Origin: Deinococcus sp.
GTDB taxonomy: Bacteria > Deinococcota > Deinococci > Deinococcales > Deinococcaceae
DNA length: 64,000 bases
Direction of reading: 5' to 3'
NCBI GenBank assembly: GCA_965261005.1
Contig: OZ253375.1
Location: 1,696,001 to 1,760,000 of the forward strand
Shown here: positions 1 to 12,411 of the stretch, piece by piece
Layout: each line of letters starts with the position of its first letter
How positions within the stretch are numbered: position 1 is the first letter of the stretch
Made by a program: the position numbers and the translations under genes
Notes under the pieces: generated by a model
Told to the model about the DNA's origin: nothing
What the model saw: only the letters and a program-made list of their open reading frames with translations
Databases searched by the model: none

Positions 1-438
1 GAGCACCCAGTCCACCACCTCCCAGCCTTGGGGCGGGCGCGAGATGCCCAGCTTGAGGCGGGTAAAGTTCTCACTGCCAAGGCGCGAAATGATGTCCTTT
101 AACCCGTTCTGGCCGCCGCTGCGTCCGCCCCGCCGCAGCCGCAGCAGGCCGAAGGGCGAGTCGAGGTCGTCCTGCACCACCAAGAGATCGTTCAGGTCCA
201 GCTTGTAGAAGCGGACCAGCGGCGCCACCGCCTCGCCCGAGCCGTTCATAAAGGTCTGCGGCTTGACGAGCAGCGTTTTCTGCGCGCCCAGCCGCACCTC
301 GCACAGCTCGGCCTTGCCCTGGGTGCGCCAGGTGGCCCCAGTTTGACGGGCCACCTCGTCCACCACCAGCCAGCCGACGTTGTGGCGGCTGCGGGCGTAG
401 AGAGGGCCGGGGTTGCCCAGGCCGACAATCAACTTCAA
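1..438 (-). CDS. pth: Peptidyl-tRNA hydrolase (3' end runs off window)
   Basis: Manual translation from TTG at 438: [23 protein letters not shown]...[10 protein letters not shown]...DDLD...GGQNGLKDI, the Pth signature motifs; not in the ORF track because it is open at the window edge. Confidence 0.95.
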   Translation of the reverse strand, partial: MKLIVGLGNPGPLYARSRHNVGWLVVDEVARQTGATWRTQGKAELCEVRLGAQKTLLVKPQTFMNGSGEAVAPLVRFYKLDLNDLLVVQDDLDSPFGLLRLRRGGRSGGQNGLKDIISRLGSENFTRLKLGISRPPQGWEVVDWVL

Positions 439-440
439 AT

Positions 441-875
441 TCAGGCTTCCAAACCGCGCACCAACTCACGCCAGCGGGTCTCGGTCTCGCGGACCTTGGG
501 CACGTTCCTCGCCCGTTCAAAACCGGCGCGAAAGGCGGCAAACTTGGCGTCGGCCGGGCTGAACAGGGCGCCCAGCGCCGCGCGCACGTCCTGCACGTTG
601 CTCCCCGTCAGGGGCGCCTTGCTATCGGTCACCTCATCTAAGGTCGCCATCAGGCCCGAGAGCGGGCGCAGCCACTGAAAGTGCGGGTCGTTCAGCACCA
701 GGTTGTAGAGGGCGAAGGGGCCGCCGATGGGGCCATGTTTGGCCTCGTACTCCCCCCTCGCCACGTCCAGCAAGGCCGCGTGAAAGTGGCGCAGGGCCGT
801 CGAGAGGGCGCTCAGGTGAGAACGGGTCTGCGCGTCGGCAGCTTGGGCGCCGGCAGCTTGAGCGTCGGTGGACAT
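441..875 (-). CDS. Hypothetical protein (144 aa)
   Basis: Protein-like ORF directly upstream of pth, preceded by a leaderless-type -10 box TATCAT-N6-ATG. Confidence 0.8.
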   Translation of the reverse strand: MSTDAQAAGAQAADAQTRSHLSALSTALRHFHAALLDVARGEYEAKHGPIGGPFALYNLVLNDPHFQWLRPLSGLMATLDEVTDSKAPLTGSNVQDVRAALGALFSPADAKFAAFRAGFERARNVPKVRETETRWRELVRGLEA

Positions 876-912
876 GCCGACATGATAGCCGCCGTCCAGC
901 TAAGCTCTCCCC
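876..912. promoter_or_regulatory. Back-to-back leaderless promoters
   Basis: TATCAT (887-882, minus) and TAAGCT (901-906, plus), each exactly 6 nt before a divergent ATG (875 and 913). Confidence 0.7.
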
Positions 913-1425
913 ATGCTGTGCCGCCCCTTTTCTCAAAGCGACTTCGACGCCCTGGCCGCCCTCGACCTCGCCACGCTGCGCCGCGAGGACCCCAACTTCG
1001 ACGCCCTGCCAGAGCGCGAGCGTGAAGGTCGGACGCGCACCTCGCTGGCCGCCCTGCGCTTTTACGAGCGCAGCGAACACTCCTTTGTGGCCGTGCCAAG
1101 CCTAGGGGAGGTGGGGGTCGGGGAAGAGACCTTGCTGGGCGCCTTGTTCGCGCAGAGCGTGTGGCAGGGGGACCGCCCCAGCGTGCTGGTGACGCGGGTG
1201 TGGCTGGCGGCGGGGGCGCCGCCGGAAACCGGAACTGCCCTGCTGCGGGCCTGCACCAAGAGCGCCTACGACGCGGCCATCTACGAGGTTCACCTGCCGG
1301 TGACGCCGGAACTGCGGGCGGCGGCGGCGGCCGAGGGCTTCCGTGAGGTGGCCCGCCTCGCCGTGCGCCATTTGGGCAGCCGGGCGGAGGGCGCGCCGGG
1401 GAAAGCCCTATCACCCGGCCCTTAA
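913..1425 (+). CDS. DUF1999-like GNAT-fold protein
   Basis: RTSLAALRFYERSEHSFVA and KSAYDAAIYEV segments typical of the Deinococcus-Thermus DUF1999 family. Confidence 0.8.
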   Translation: MLCRPFSQSDFDALAALDLATLRREDPNFDALPEREREGRTRTSLAALRFYERSEHSFVAVPSLGEVGVGEETLLGALFAQSVWQGDRPSVLVTRVWLAAGAPPETGTALLRACTKSAYDAAIYEVHLPVTPELRAAAAAEGFREVARLAVRHLGSRAEGAPGKALSPGP

Positions 1426-1445
1426 GAAAGCTTTAAACTGTCGGC

Positions 1446-1652
1446 ATGAATACCCGGGTGCTCATCGGCGTGCGCGGCATGACCAAGGAGGCCGGCGCGC
1501 GCATCGCCACCTTGTTGCTCGACCAGGGCGGCGTCACCAAGGCCATTCCCGACGACGGCCAGATCGAGGTTCACTACGACCCCTCCAGGCTGACCGTGAT
1601 GGATCTGCTGCGCACGGTACGCTCGCAAGGCTTTTTGGCGGGCATGTTGTAA
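1446..1652 (+). CDS. Heavy-metal-associated (HMA/CopZ-like) domain protein lacking CxxC
   Basis: 68 aa, VRGMT...GV...VHYDP...GF pattern of the HMA fold; leaderless TAAACT-N6-ATG. Confidence 0.75.
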   Translation: MNTRVLIGVRGMTKEAGARIATLLLDQGGVTKAIPDDGQIEVHYDPSRLTVMDLLRTVRSQGFLAGML

Positions 1653-1671
1653 AAGCCGCTACCCTACACCC

Positions 1672-1989
1672 ATGCTCGGCTACGTCGGAATCTACACCTG
1701 CCGCCTGGAACTGCCCTGGGTGGGCAACCTCAAGGAAAAGCGCGCCTTGATTCGCCCCGTCACCGAGCGGCTCAAGGCGCGCTTTCCGGTGTCGGTGGCG
1801 CGCCTGGACGGCCTCGACCGACACACCTGGGAAACCATCGGCGTGGTCACCATCTCCAGCGACCACGCCTGGGTGGAGGAAACGCTGCGCAAGGTGGCGG
1901 AGTTCGTGGCGGGCGGCGGCGAGTACGGCGTGGCGGACGAGACGACCGAGATCATGGCGCTCGGCGACGCGGACGATTGGGAAAGCTAG
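1672..1989 (+). CDS. DUF503 (YlxP-like) protein
   Basis: LKEKR...[10 protein letters not shown]...W...IGV pattern; leaderless TACCCT-N6-ATG. Confidence 0.85.
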   Translation: MLGYVGIYTCRLELPWVGNLKEKRALIRPVTERLKARFPVSVARLDGLDRHTWETIGVVTISSDHAWVEETLRKVAEFVAGGGEYGVADETTEIMALGDADDWES

Positions 1990-1991
1990 CT

Positions 1992-2765
1992 TTACTTCGC
2001 ACTCAGCTCCGTCTTGAGTTTTTGAAAGGCGGGCGGGCGGCTGAGCAGACGCCAGTTGAGCTGGTTGGGACCGCTGAAGGTCACGCCGTTCTCGGCCGAG
2101 ATGGCGCCGCAGGGATACTGGGCGTTCGCCTTGCGCAGAATGGGCCAGATGACCACGGCGGCGCGCCCCGCGATGTCGCGCAGCGGAATGGGGCCGAATA
2201 AGCGCGAGTCCTCACTGCCGCCCGCCGTGCGGTTGTCGCCCATCATGAAGTATTGCCCGGCGGGCACCGTGAAGGTCTTTTGGGTCTGCTCGATGCCGGC
2301 CGGGTTGGCGACCTGCGCGTTGTTGGCGATCTCGCTTTGGGTGTCCCAGCAGCCTTGGCTTTGCCAGTAGGTGGTGGTGAAGCCGCCGTTCAGCTTCCGG
2401 CCGTTGACCGACACCTCGCCCCCGTCAATGCGAATTGTGTCGCCGGGCAAGCCGATCAGGCGCTTGATCAGAAAGGGCCGGAAGGTCCACAGCCCCAGAA
2501 AGGAGCGCGTCTCGGCCACGGCGGGCGGCTTGAAGATCAGGATGTCGCCGCGCTGAAAGTTGCCGACGCCGATTTTGTGCAGCCAGGTTTCGTACTTGGG
2601 CACCAGGACGCGCTCGTGGTTGCGCAAGTTGGGCATCATGCTCACGCCGTCCACGCCAACCAGGGTGGCCACAAACTGGGTGATCACCACGGCGAAGACA
2701 ATCGGTTCCAAAAATTCCCGCCACAAGCGCACGAAGAAGTTGGCGGAACGGGTGGGTCTGCTCAT
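1992..2765 (-). CDS. lepB: Signal peptidase I
   Basis: SMMPNL (catalytic Ser), [11 protein letters not shown] (Lys), YFMMGDNR...SEDSR.FG boxes; start taken at ATG 2765 after an AAGGAG RBS. Confidence 0.95.
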   Translation of the reverse strand: MSRPTRSANFFVRLWREFLEPIVFAVVITQFVATLVGVDGVSMMPNLRNHERVLVPKYETWLHKIGVGNFQRGDILIFKPPAVAETRSFLGLWTFRPFLIKRLIGLPGDTIRIDGGEVSVNGRKLNGGFTTTYWQSQGCWDTQSEIANNAQVANPAGIEQTQKTFTVPAGQYFMMGDNRTAGGSEDSRLFGPIPLRDIAGRAAVVIWPILRKANAQYPCGAISAENGVTFSGPNQLNWRLLSRPPAFQKLKTELSAK

Positions 2766-2869
2766 GCGTCTCCTTATAGCCGAAAAACGGCCAGGGGAAG
2801 CATAGCAGCCGGGCAAACCAACGCCGGAAGGAAGCACCCGCGCCCCAATCTGATGTACCGTGCTCTGGG

Positions 2870-3622
2870 ATGCCGCTTGCCGGAACGCTCGTGGATGGGC
2901 GCTACCGTCTGGTGCGACCGTTGGGGCACGGGGCGAGCAGCGTCGTGTACTTCGCGGTGGGCACCGACGGGTTGCCTTACGCCGTCAAACTGTTTCCGCC
3001 CGAGCTGGCCGCCCGCGCCGAGCGCGAGTTTGCCACGGCGGCGGGCTTTGCCCACCCGCGCATCGGGCAGGTGTTCGCACAGGTGGAGGTGGACGGCCGG
3101 CCGGGCCTGATTCTCAGCTTCGCGCGCGGGCGGGTGCTGTTTCGGCGCTACACCCGGCGGCCCGCCCTCGCCTCAGAGCGCCGGGCCTACCTGCTGACCC
3201 TGGCCCACCTGCTCGACGCGCTGGCCTATCTACACGCGCGGGGCGTCGTTCACCGCGACCTCAAGCCCGAGAATGTCATGGTGGACCCGGACGGCGGCGC
3301 CACCTTGGTGGATTTCGACCTTTCCGGGCCGGTCAGCGAGCGCTTCGCCTCGCCGCTGCGCATCGGCACCCTGGCCTTTCAGTCCCCCGAGGCGGCGCGC
3401 GGAGAGCCGGTCACGCCGCAAGGCGACCTCTACGGCGTCGGGCTGCTGCTCTACTGGGGCCTGCACGGCGAGCTGCCGCTGGACGACGCCCCGCTGCAAA
3501 GCTCGGACGACCCCCTGGAAGCCTTGCGCGCCGCCCTGATGGCCCCCGCCCCGGAGGACCGCCCGGCGTCGGCGGCCGAGGCGCGCGTACGCCTGCTGGA
3601 ATTGGCCGCGCTGGGGTATTAA
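2870..3622 (+). CDS. Hanks-type Ser/Thr protein kinase
   Basis: [37 protein letters not shown] motifs. Confidence 0.92.
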   Translation: MPLAGTLVDGRYRLVRPLGHGASSVVYFAVGTDGLPYAVKLFPPELAARAEREFATAAGFAHPRIGQVFAQVEVDGRPGLILSFARGRVLFRRYTRRPALASERRAYLLTLAHLLDALAYLHARGVVHRDLKPENVMVDPDGGATLVDFDLSGPVSERFASPLRIGTLAFQSPEAARGEPVTPQGDLYGVGLLLYWGLHGELPLDDAPLQSSDDPLEALRAALMAPAPEDRPASAAEARVRLLELAALGY

Positions 3623-3653
3623 CAAGGTATCCGAAGAGGATTCGTTTACTGAC

Positions 3654-4343
3654 TTGCTGATCGTTCAAGACGGGCGCTCGGGGGCCGCCACAGCACGTCT
3701 CAAGACGCCGAACGGTGAACCTGAAACGCTCCGCGCCGCCACGCGCGAGGCCGCCGGGGTGGACGTTTTTGTGCTACACGACGGCGGCTTGCATATGGGC
3801 TGCCCGGGATACCGCTTCGCGGACTTACCGGCGCGGGCAGGGCGGCTGCTCGGGGACGCGGGAACGCTGCGGGGCTGGGGGCTGAAAGACGAACAGGTGG
3901 GGCACTTGGCCGAACTGCTGCCAAATATTTTGAACGCACACGCCCGGGTCTCCGCTTTGGCATTGCCCGACCTGAGCGCACACGGCGACGCCCACCCCAG
4001 GAACGCCCTGAGCGGCGGCCTGTGGTTCGATTGGAGCGAGGCGCAAGTCGCGCACCCCTTTCTGGACGCCGGCTGGTTCTTCGCCTTTCTGGCCCACCCG
4101 GCACGGGGAGACCTGCCTTTGCGAAAAGAGAATCCGCAGATCGTCGAGCAGCTTTGGGCCGCTTACCTGACAGCCCTCGACATGTCCGAAGCCGCCAACC
4201 TGCTGCCAGACGCCATGCGACTCGCCCTGATCCACCGCGCCGCCGTCTATCATGACCGCTTCGAGCGCTGGACGGGCACGCTGCCGGGGTGGCGGCCCAA
4301 CTACGTGCCGTACTACCTCAAGCTGCTCCTGTACTCGAAATAG
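3654..4343 (+). CDS. Aminoglycoside/choline phosphotransferase-family protein, possibly truncated
   Basis: HGDAHPRN...FDWSEA...HPFLD Brenner-type motifs; N-lobe looks short and the start (TTG) is uncertain. Confidence 0.6.
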   Translation: MLIVQDGRSGAATARLKTPNGEPETLRAATREAAGVDVFVLHDGGLHMGCPGYRFADLPARAGRLLGDAGTLRGWGLKDEQVGHLAELLPNILNAHARVSALALPDLSAHGDAHPRNALSGGLWFDWSEAQVAHPFLDAGWFFAFLAHPARGDLPLRKENPQIVEQLWAAYLTALDMSEAANLLPDAMRLALIHRAAVYHDRFERWTGTLPGWRPNYVPYYLKLLLYSK

Positions 4344-4347
4344 AAGC

Positions 4348-4369
4348 GGCCCCGCAGTACTGCGGGGCC
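4348..4369. terminator. Perfect 22-bp palindrome, probable terminator hairpin
   Basis: GGCCCCGCAGTACTGCGGGGCC directly after the stop at 4343. Confidence 0.6.
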
Positions 4370-4435
4370 TGTCCTTCCTTTGGCACCACCCAGGGTCAGG
4401 CGAGAGGCGAGGGCCTACAAGCCCGGAGCGTTTGT

Positions 4436-4557
4436 CCATTCCGTTGCGAGACTTCAGCTTCGCTTCCGTCTCTCCACTCCATTGCCAAGCGCTCTTCCGT
4501 TGCTACTCGTTCCACTCGGGAAGGATTGAGAAAAGCGCTCAATCCTTCCCGCAATGG
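4436..4557. repeat. Divergent member of a Deinococcus-type small interspersed repeat
   Basis: CCATT...AATGG ends, TACTCGTTCCACTCGG core resembling the TACTCGCTCCGCTCGG core of 25459-25588, and terminal hairpin CGGGAAGGATTGAG-N7-CTCAATCCTTCCCG. Confidence 0.5.
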
Positions 4558-4559
4558 TT

Positions 4560-4703
4560 TTAGTGGAGCATGTGGAACAACTCCACGAGCAGCTTTACCA
4601 GCGTGAGCACGCTGACCAGGGCCGAGACCCAAGCCAGCAAACGCTTCACTAGCGCCTTACGGCGTTTTTTGCTAAGCTGTCGGTGCTGAGAGAGTTGTTT
4701 CAT
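4560..4703 (-). CDS. Small basic/hydrophobic peptide (47 aa), toxin-like
   Basis: MKQLSQHRQLSKKRRKALVKRLLAWVSALVSVLTLVKLLVELFHMLH; AAAGGAG RBS separated from the ATG by a 12-bp hairpin. Confidence 0.65.
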   Translation of the reverse strand: MKQLSQHRQLSKKRRKALVKRLLAWVSALVSVLTLVKLLVELFHMLH

Positions 4704-4828
4704 CGTTTCCGCCCGCGAGGTTGCTACCCTTGCGGGCGGCTCCTTTCGTGGGATGCGATGACGCTCCCTCAAACACGCTGACCCTGGTTGTCATGCGGCG
4801 CGTCCAGAAAGACGTTTTGAATGTACCA

Positions 4829-5842
4829 TCAAAGCCCGAGCAACGGTGCCTGCGCGCTTTCCAGCAGCGCCAGCGCCTTTTGGTCGAGGCGGGCCAGCGC
4901 CTTGTCCGACACCACTTCCAGGGGCAAGTCGGCCTCGGCGGCGTAGACCCGCAGGGTCACTTGGCGGTGCGTCATGGCGTGCTGCACCGTGCCCAGAAAG
5001 CGCGGTGACTTCGCCTTCAGCCTGGCGAGCAACCGCTCCAGAGCGACCTCTTCCCCATCTTCAATCGGCTCGACCGGCAGACCGGACAGCCCGCCCAGCA
5101 GGGTGCCGGGGCGGGTTTCCAGGTAGGCCCGCCCACCTTTCCCGATCACCAGCGCGACCGCCGCCACCTCTCGAACGCTCGCGCGCTTTTTTGGGGCCGG
5201 GTAGGCGTCCGGCTCGCCGCTTTGAAAGGCCAGGCACAGCGTTCGCAGCGGGCAAAGTGGGCAGTGCGGGCTTTTGGGCGTGCAGACAGTGGCGCCGAGG
5301 TCCATCACCGCCTCGTTCCAACGGCCGGGGTCGGGCGCGTACAAGAGGGCGTCCGCGCGTTCCTGCACCCAGCCGTCTCGCGGCTCACGCCGGGCGTACA
5401 GGCGGGCCAATACCCGGCGCACGTTGCCGTCCACCACCGCCCGCCCTTCGCCGTGGGCGATGCTGGCGGCAGCCGCCGCCGTATAGGGTCCCACGCCGGG
5501 CAGGGCCAGCCAGCCCGCGTAGTCGTGGGGAAAGCCTTGAACGGCGATCAACTTGGCCGCCGCGTGCAGGTTGCGGGCGCGGGCGTAGTAGCCGCACCCC
5601 TCCCAGGCTTTAAGGACCGCCTCCTGTGGCGCCCTGGCGAGGGCCTGCACGTCCGGGAAAGCTTCCAGAAAGCGCCCGAAGTACCCGCGCCCGCGCGCCA
5701 CCTGGGTCTGCTGAAGCAGCACCTCGGCAATCCAGACGCGGTAGGGGTCGCGCCGGCCGTCCGGCCCCGTTTCTCGCCAAGGCAAGCTGCGGGCGTGGCG
5801 GCCGAACCAAGCGAGCAGCAGGGGCTGAAGCTGTTCTGACAT
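4829..5842 (-). CDS. mutY: A/G-specific adenine DNA glycosylase
   Basis: RSLPWR, DPYRVWIAEVLLQQT, HhH LPGVGPYTA, VDGNVRRV, CTPKSPHCPLCPL 4Fe-4S motif. Confidence 0.95.
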   Translation of the reverse strand: MSEQLQPLLLAWFGRHARSLPWRETGPDGRRDPYRVWIAEVLLQQTQVARGRGYFGRFLEAFPDVQALARAPQEAVLKAWEGCGYYARARNLHAAAKLIAVQGFPHDYAGWLALPGVGPYTAAAAASIAHGEGRAVVDGNVRRVLARLYARREPRDGWVQERADALLYAPDPGRWNEAVMDLGATVCTPKSPHCPLCPLRTLCLAFQSGEPDAYPAPKKRASVREVAAVALVIGKGGRAYLETRPGTLLGGLSGLPVEPIEDGEEVALERLLARLKAKSPRFLGTVQHAMTHRQVTLRVYAAEADLPLEVVSDKALARLDQKALALLESAQAPLLGL

Positions 5843-5925
5843 GCGCGCGAAGTATAGTAAAGAAAGCCGCACGCGACCGTACCGCCCCTCCTCTTAATGA
5901 CTCAGCCCATGACCATCCCTGATGT

Positions 5926-6597
5926 ATGACCACCAAGGACCTACCCCTGCCCGACACATTGGCCTTTATCACCGAGGCCGACTACTCGACCAACACCGCC
6001 AACAGCCTGATCCACTTGTACCGGGCCGAGGTGGGCAAGATGGTCGCGTACCGCGGCCGGCTGGACACCACCACCAACTGGTCCATCGTGACGACGGCCG
6101 GCCTCACCTCCTTCGCGCTGGGCAGCCGCGACAACAGCCACGCCATCTTCCTGTTCGCGATGTTCATGGTCTACTTCTTTTTGCATCTAGAGGCGCGGCG
6201 CTTTCGCACCTTCGAGATTTCGCACCATAGGGTCCGCATCATGGAGCGCTTCTTTTATCCGGCCATGCTGGGTGACAAGGTGGACCCCTCGTGGCACCAG
6301 CTGCTTCTGGGCGAGCTGGCCAAGCCGCGCAGCCCGATTCCGCGCGCCGAGGCGCTGGGCTGGCGGCTGCGGCGCAACTACCTGTGGATTTACGCGGCGG
6401 TGCTGATCGCCTGGATCGCCAAGCTCGATTTGCTGCGCGATCCCGGCGCGAGGCCCACCTTCGCGGGCTTTTTGCAGCTCGCCTCGATTGGCACCTTGCC
6501 CGGCCCCATCGTGGTGCTGCTGGTCGTGGCCTTTTACGCCTTTTTGATTCGCCTCGCGGTGCGCGCGGTGCGGCACTATCCTTTGGAGCAGGATTAA
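5926..6597 (+). CDS. DUF2270 membrane protein
   Basis: HLYRAE...[22 protein letters not shown] motifs plus TM helices. Confidence 0.88.
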   Translation: MTTKDLPLPDTLAFITEADYSTNTANSLIHLYRAEVGKMVAYRGRLDTTTNWSIVTTAGLTSFALGSRDNSHAIFLFAMFMVYFFLHLEARRFRTFEISHHRVRIMERFFYPAMLGDKVDPSWHQLLLGELAKPRSPIPRAEALGWRLRRNYLWIYAAVLIAWIAKLDLLRDPGARPTFAGFLQLASIGTLPGPIVVLLVVAFYAFLIRLAVRAVRHYPLEQD

Positions 6598-6623
6598 CGG
6601 GACCAAGCTTGTAGACTCCTCGT

Positions 6624-7085
6624 ATGTCCCTCAGTCCACAAGAGTTCCGCCAAACGCTGGGCCGCTGGGCCAGCGGCGTGACCGTCGTGACCTGCCTGCA
6701 CGCCGGAGAGCGGCGCGGCATGACCGCCAGCGCCTTTTTGTCGGTGTCCCTCGACCCGCCGCTGATCCTGGTGTCGGTGGACCGTGGGGCGCACATGCAC
6801 GCCGTCATGGAAGAAGTGGAGCGCTTCGGCGTCAGCGTGCTGGGCGCCCGACAGCGCGCACTGAGCGACCATTTCGCGCGGCGCAGCGGTGAATTGGAGG
6901 TGCCGTGGGGCGACCTGGCCGGGCTGCCGGTCTTGAATGGGGCGGTGGCGCAGCTCGCCTGCCGCGTGTTTGAAAAGCGTGGCGCGGGCGACCACACCCT
7001 CTTCGTCGGCGAGGTGCAAGACGCCCGCTACACCGACGACGACCCGCTGCTGTACTTCAGGGGCCAGTACCACGAGCTGGGCTGA
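6624..7085 (+). CDS. Flavin reductase family protein
   Basis: FR..LGRWASGVTVVT, SVSLDPPL, GDHTLFVGEV, PLLYFRG. Confidence 0.93.
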   Translation: MSLSPQEFRQTLGRWASGVTVVTCLHAGERRGMTASAFLSVSLDPPLILVSVDRGAHMHAVMEEVERFGVSVLGARQRALSDHFARRSGELEVPWGDLAGLPVLNGAVAQLACRVFEKRGAGDHTLFVGEVQDARYTDDDPLLYFRGQYHELG

Positions 7086-7087
7086 GG

Positions 7088-7570
7088 TCAGCTTGAGGCC
7101 GCTGCGGCGCCAGAGTTGTCGTCCTCAAGCGCCTTGAAACCGAGGATGGCAGCGAGCAACGCGATCTCGGGCGGCGCGTCAAAGTGGATGTTCACGTCCT
7201 GGCCGTCAAAACGGCCGCCGAAGCGACCGGAAAGCTTGGCGCCCGCGAATTCGAGCGCAATGTCCTTGCCGATGGTCTCGCCGCCGAGCCGGCCGCGCGC
7301 CGAGCTTCCCACAATGTCCGCCCGCACGTCCTCGCCGACAGCGGCGCCCCCGAGCCGCACATCGAGGCCCTGCTCCGAGACCCGTCCTGACACGTCGAAA
7401 CCGTCGAAGCTGCCCCCCACGCGGCCGAAGACCACGCCCGCCTGACAGCGCAGGGCCACGTCCTTGCCGCTGAAATAGCCGCCGAGCCGGCCCGCCAGCG
7501 TCTCACCATTCCACGTCAGGTTCACGTCGTAGCCCGCCGCCATGCCACCGATTCTGCCGCTCACGTTCAT
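7088..7570 (-). CDS. Glycine-rich tandem-repeat protein
   Basis: Six ~22-aa repeats of xGR[ILVF]GGxxxGxD[VI]. Confidence 0.75.
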   Translation of the reverse strand: MNVSGRIGGMAAGYDVNLTWNGETLAGRLGGYFSGKDVALRCQAGVVFGRVGGSFDGFDVSGRVSEQGLDVRLGGAAVGEDVRADIVGSSARGRLGGETIGKDIALEFAGAKLSGRFGGRFDGQDVNIHFDAPPEIALLAAILGFKALEDDNSGAAAASS

Positions 7571-7643
7571 GCTTATACCTACGCGGCCCTATGCCCGAAG
7601 GTTGCCGTGCAGCGGGGCCAGGCGCTGACCCCCTCCAACTTGT

Positions 7644-8348
7644 TCAAGCGCGCTTTCCCAGCTTGAACGGGTTGAAATCGGTTTTGCGGTCGAACACGTC
7701 CACGCCCTCGGCGCGCTTGAGAAAGCCCACGGCGGCGTAGGTCGCCGGCGTCAGCACGATTTCCAGCCCCACCTTGTACAGGTAGTTGAACAAGACCAGC
7801 CCCCACAGCACCCCCCACGGCAGCACGCCCGCAAAGGCGACCAAGCTGAAGACCAGCGTGTCCACCCCCTGTCCGACCAGGGTGGAGCCGATGGTCCGGG
7901 TCCACAGCCACCTGCCGTTCGTGGCGATCTTGAGCTTGGCGAGGACGTAGGAGTTCAGGAACTCGCCCACGAAAAAGGCCAGCGTCGAGGCCAGCACGAT
8001 GCGCGGCACGAAGCCCAGCACGACCTCAAAGGCTCCCCCCGTCGGGCTGTCGGGGGAGGTCGGCAACCCCGCGACCAGGGCGAAGGTCAGGCTGGCGAGC
8101 AAGTTCATGGCGAGGCCGAACCAGATCACCCGCCTGGAGCGGGCGTAGCCGTACACCTCGGTCAGCACGTCGCCGAAGATGTAGGTCAGCGGGAACAAAA
8201 ACGTGCCGCCGTCGAAGGCGGGGCGCCAGAAACCCAAATTGACGGTCGCGGTCTTGGTAGAGGCGACGTTGGAGATCACCAGCACCACCGCAAAGGCGCC
8301 CAGGATCAAATCGAAGTAGCGAAAACGGGGGCTTGCATTGCTTGTCAT
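7644..8348 (-). CDS. yhhQ: Queuosine precursor transporter (YhhQ/VUT family)
   Basis: SNVASTK, FPLTYIFGDVLTEVYG, RIVLAS, LWTRTIGSTLVGQGVDT. Confidence 0.88.
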   Translation of the reverse strand: MTSNASPRFRYFDLILGAFAVVLVISNVASTKTATVNLGFWRPAFDGGTFLFPLTYIFGDVLTEVYGYARSRRVIWFGLAMNLLASLTFALVAGLPTSPDSPTGGAFEVVLGFVPRIVLASTLAFFVGEFLNSYVLAKLKIATNGRWLWTRTIGSTLVGQGVDTLVFSLVAFAGVLPWGVLWGLVLFNYLYKVGLEIVLTPATYAAVGFLKRAEGVDVFDRKTDFNPFKLGKRA

Positions 8349-8399
8349 CTGAAGCTCCTTCCGGCTGACCGGCGAAACAGGCCGGGGCCGAGGAGGAGT

Positions 8400-8732
8400 T
8401 TAGAGCGGCGAGGCGCGTTTGGGCAGGTCTTTTTCCAGCCGCCCGCGCTCCCAGGAAAAGACCCGCTTGAGGACAGTCCTGAGCGCCAGCGTGACCACGA
8501 ACAGGCCGATCTGGTTCCAAGTCAGCACGCCGGCCAGTTTCAGCAGCGCCGCCGCGACCTTGAAGTTGAGGCCCGCGATCACGCCGTCGGCGATCAGCAG
8601 GCGGGTGCGGGTCACGTCGCGGCGGGCGAGCTGCCACAGCGCGCCCAGCACGTAGCCGAGGATGATCAGGCTGCCCACCACCTCGATCAGGACGGCGAAG
8701 GTGTAAAAGGAGATCAGCTCAAGTGCGGACAT
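8400..8732 (-). CDS. DUF1622 membrane protein (paralog 2)
   Basis: RL...GLNFKVAAALLK...TWNQIG...LRTVL pattern. Confidence 0.75.
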   Translation of the reverse strand: MSALELISFYTFAVLIEVVGSLIILGYVLGALWQLARRDVTRTRLLIADGVIAGLNFKVAAALLKLAGVLTWNQIGLFVVTLALRTVLKRVFSWERGRLEKDLPKRASPL

Positions 8733-9105
8733 TCTGGCGGTTGGTCGGCCGGTCCGGCTGGGCCGCCTGCTCGCGGGCGTTACGCTGGATTTCCTGTTCC
8801 AGGAAGTAATTCAGCAGCGTCCTGAGGGTGGCGATGGCGGCCAGCTTGCCGATCTCGTTCCAGGTGGGCGCAATCGCCGTGCGCAGGATGTCGGCGGCCA
8901 GCTCGAACTCCAACGCCACCGCCAGCCAGCGCGCCAGGCGCAGCCGCACGTTCTCCTTGGCGTTGTCGGGGGCGGCCGGGCGCGCGAAGAAGATTCTCAG
9001 GCCCCGCCAAGTCGCCTCGACGGCCGCGAAGACGATCAGCACGCCCGCCGCCGCCTCCACCGCGATGGCGGCGTAGGAGGTCCACAACTTCACGACTTCT
9101 TCCAT
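8719..9105 (-). CDS. DUF1622 membrane protein (paralog 1)
   Basis: RLRLARWLAVALEFELAADILRTAIAPTWNEIGKLAAIATLRTLLNYFL. Confidence 0.9.
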   Translation of the reverse strand: MEEVVKLWTSYAAIAVEAAAGVLIVFAAVEATWRGLRIFFARPAAPDNAKENVRLRLARWLAVALEFELAADILRTAIAPTWNEIGKLAAIATLRTLLNYFLEQEIQRNAREQAAQPDRPTNRQNVRT

Positions 9106-9355
9106 GCTGAGCCGAGCCTAGCGCCGGTTCACGAATCCCGCCTGAACGTGGCCTTGAGCCGCCCGTTAATGCCCCACGTTCACACAGTCGCCCCTTAAAC
9201 GCGCGTGCTAGCGTCAGGACAGCATTCCGCTCCCTTTCCGCGCGGCAAATCCAAGGCGCCGCCAGTTCAAAAAAGTAATCGCAAAATGAGACTGCCGCTC
9301 TTCCTAGAGCCTGTTTTCCCAGAGCCTATCTTCAAATTCCCCTTTCGGAGGATTC

Positions 9356-10810
<1,455 letters not shown>

Positions 10811-10829
10811 TCAACACAAGGGATTGGTT

Positions 10830-10858
10830 GTAGGGGAGGGTCTGTAACCCTCCCCTAC
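10830..10858. repeat. GTAG-type REP palindrome, copy 1
   Basis: GTAGGGGAGGG-TCTGTAA-CCCTCCCCTAC; same arms as 51783-51811. Confidence 0.8.
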
Positions 10859-10900
10859 CGAGACGCAATCCCGCAATTCCGCCCAAATAGGGAGGCAGGT

Positions 10901-12133
<1,233 letters not shown>

Positions 12134-12140
12134 GGGAAGA

Positions 12141-12180
12141 CCCCCTCCCCAACCCCTCCCCCGCAGGGGGGGAGGGGCTT
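12141..12180. repeat. C/G-rich REP-like palindrome, copy 1
   Basis: CCCCCTCCCCAACCCCTCCCCC-GCAG-GGGGGGAGGGGCTT; related to 49081-49110. Confidence 0.7.
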
Positions 12181-12228
12181 CTTGTATATTGAGTATGGAG
12201 ACCTAGTACCCTGCATGCAGGAGACACT

Positions 12229-12411
12229 ATGAAGATCACCGAGCACGACGCGCTACTGATCCTGCGCCCCGAGTTGCGCGACCCCGAGTCGGAGCGTCGC
12301 CGTCTGAACACGTTGGCGCGCAGCCAATGGTTGGAAAGTCTTGCCACGCCCGAGAATTTGCAAGCCGGGATTCCTTTGCCCGTCAGTTCCAAAAAAGCCA
12401 AACAGCGGTGA
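12229..12411 (+). CDS. Small protein (60 aa), candidate antitoxin
   Basis: AGGAG RBS; its stop overlaps the next GTG start (GTGA 12408-12411). Confidence 0.6.
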   Translation: MKITEHDALLILRPELRDPESERRRLNTLARSQWLESLATPENLQAGIPLPVSSKKAKQR

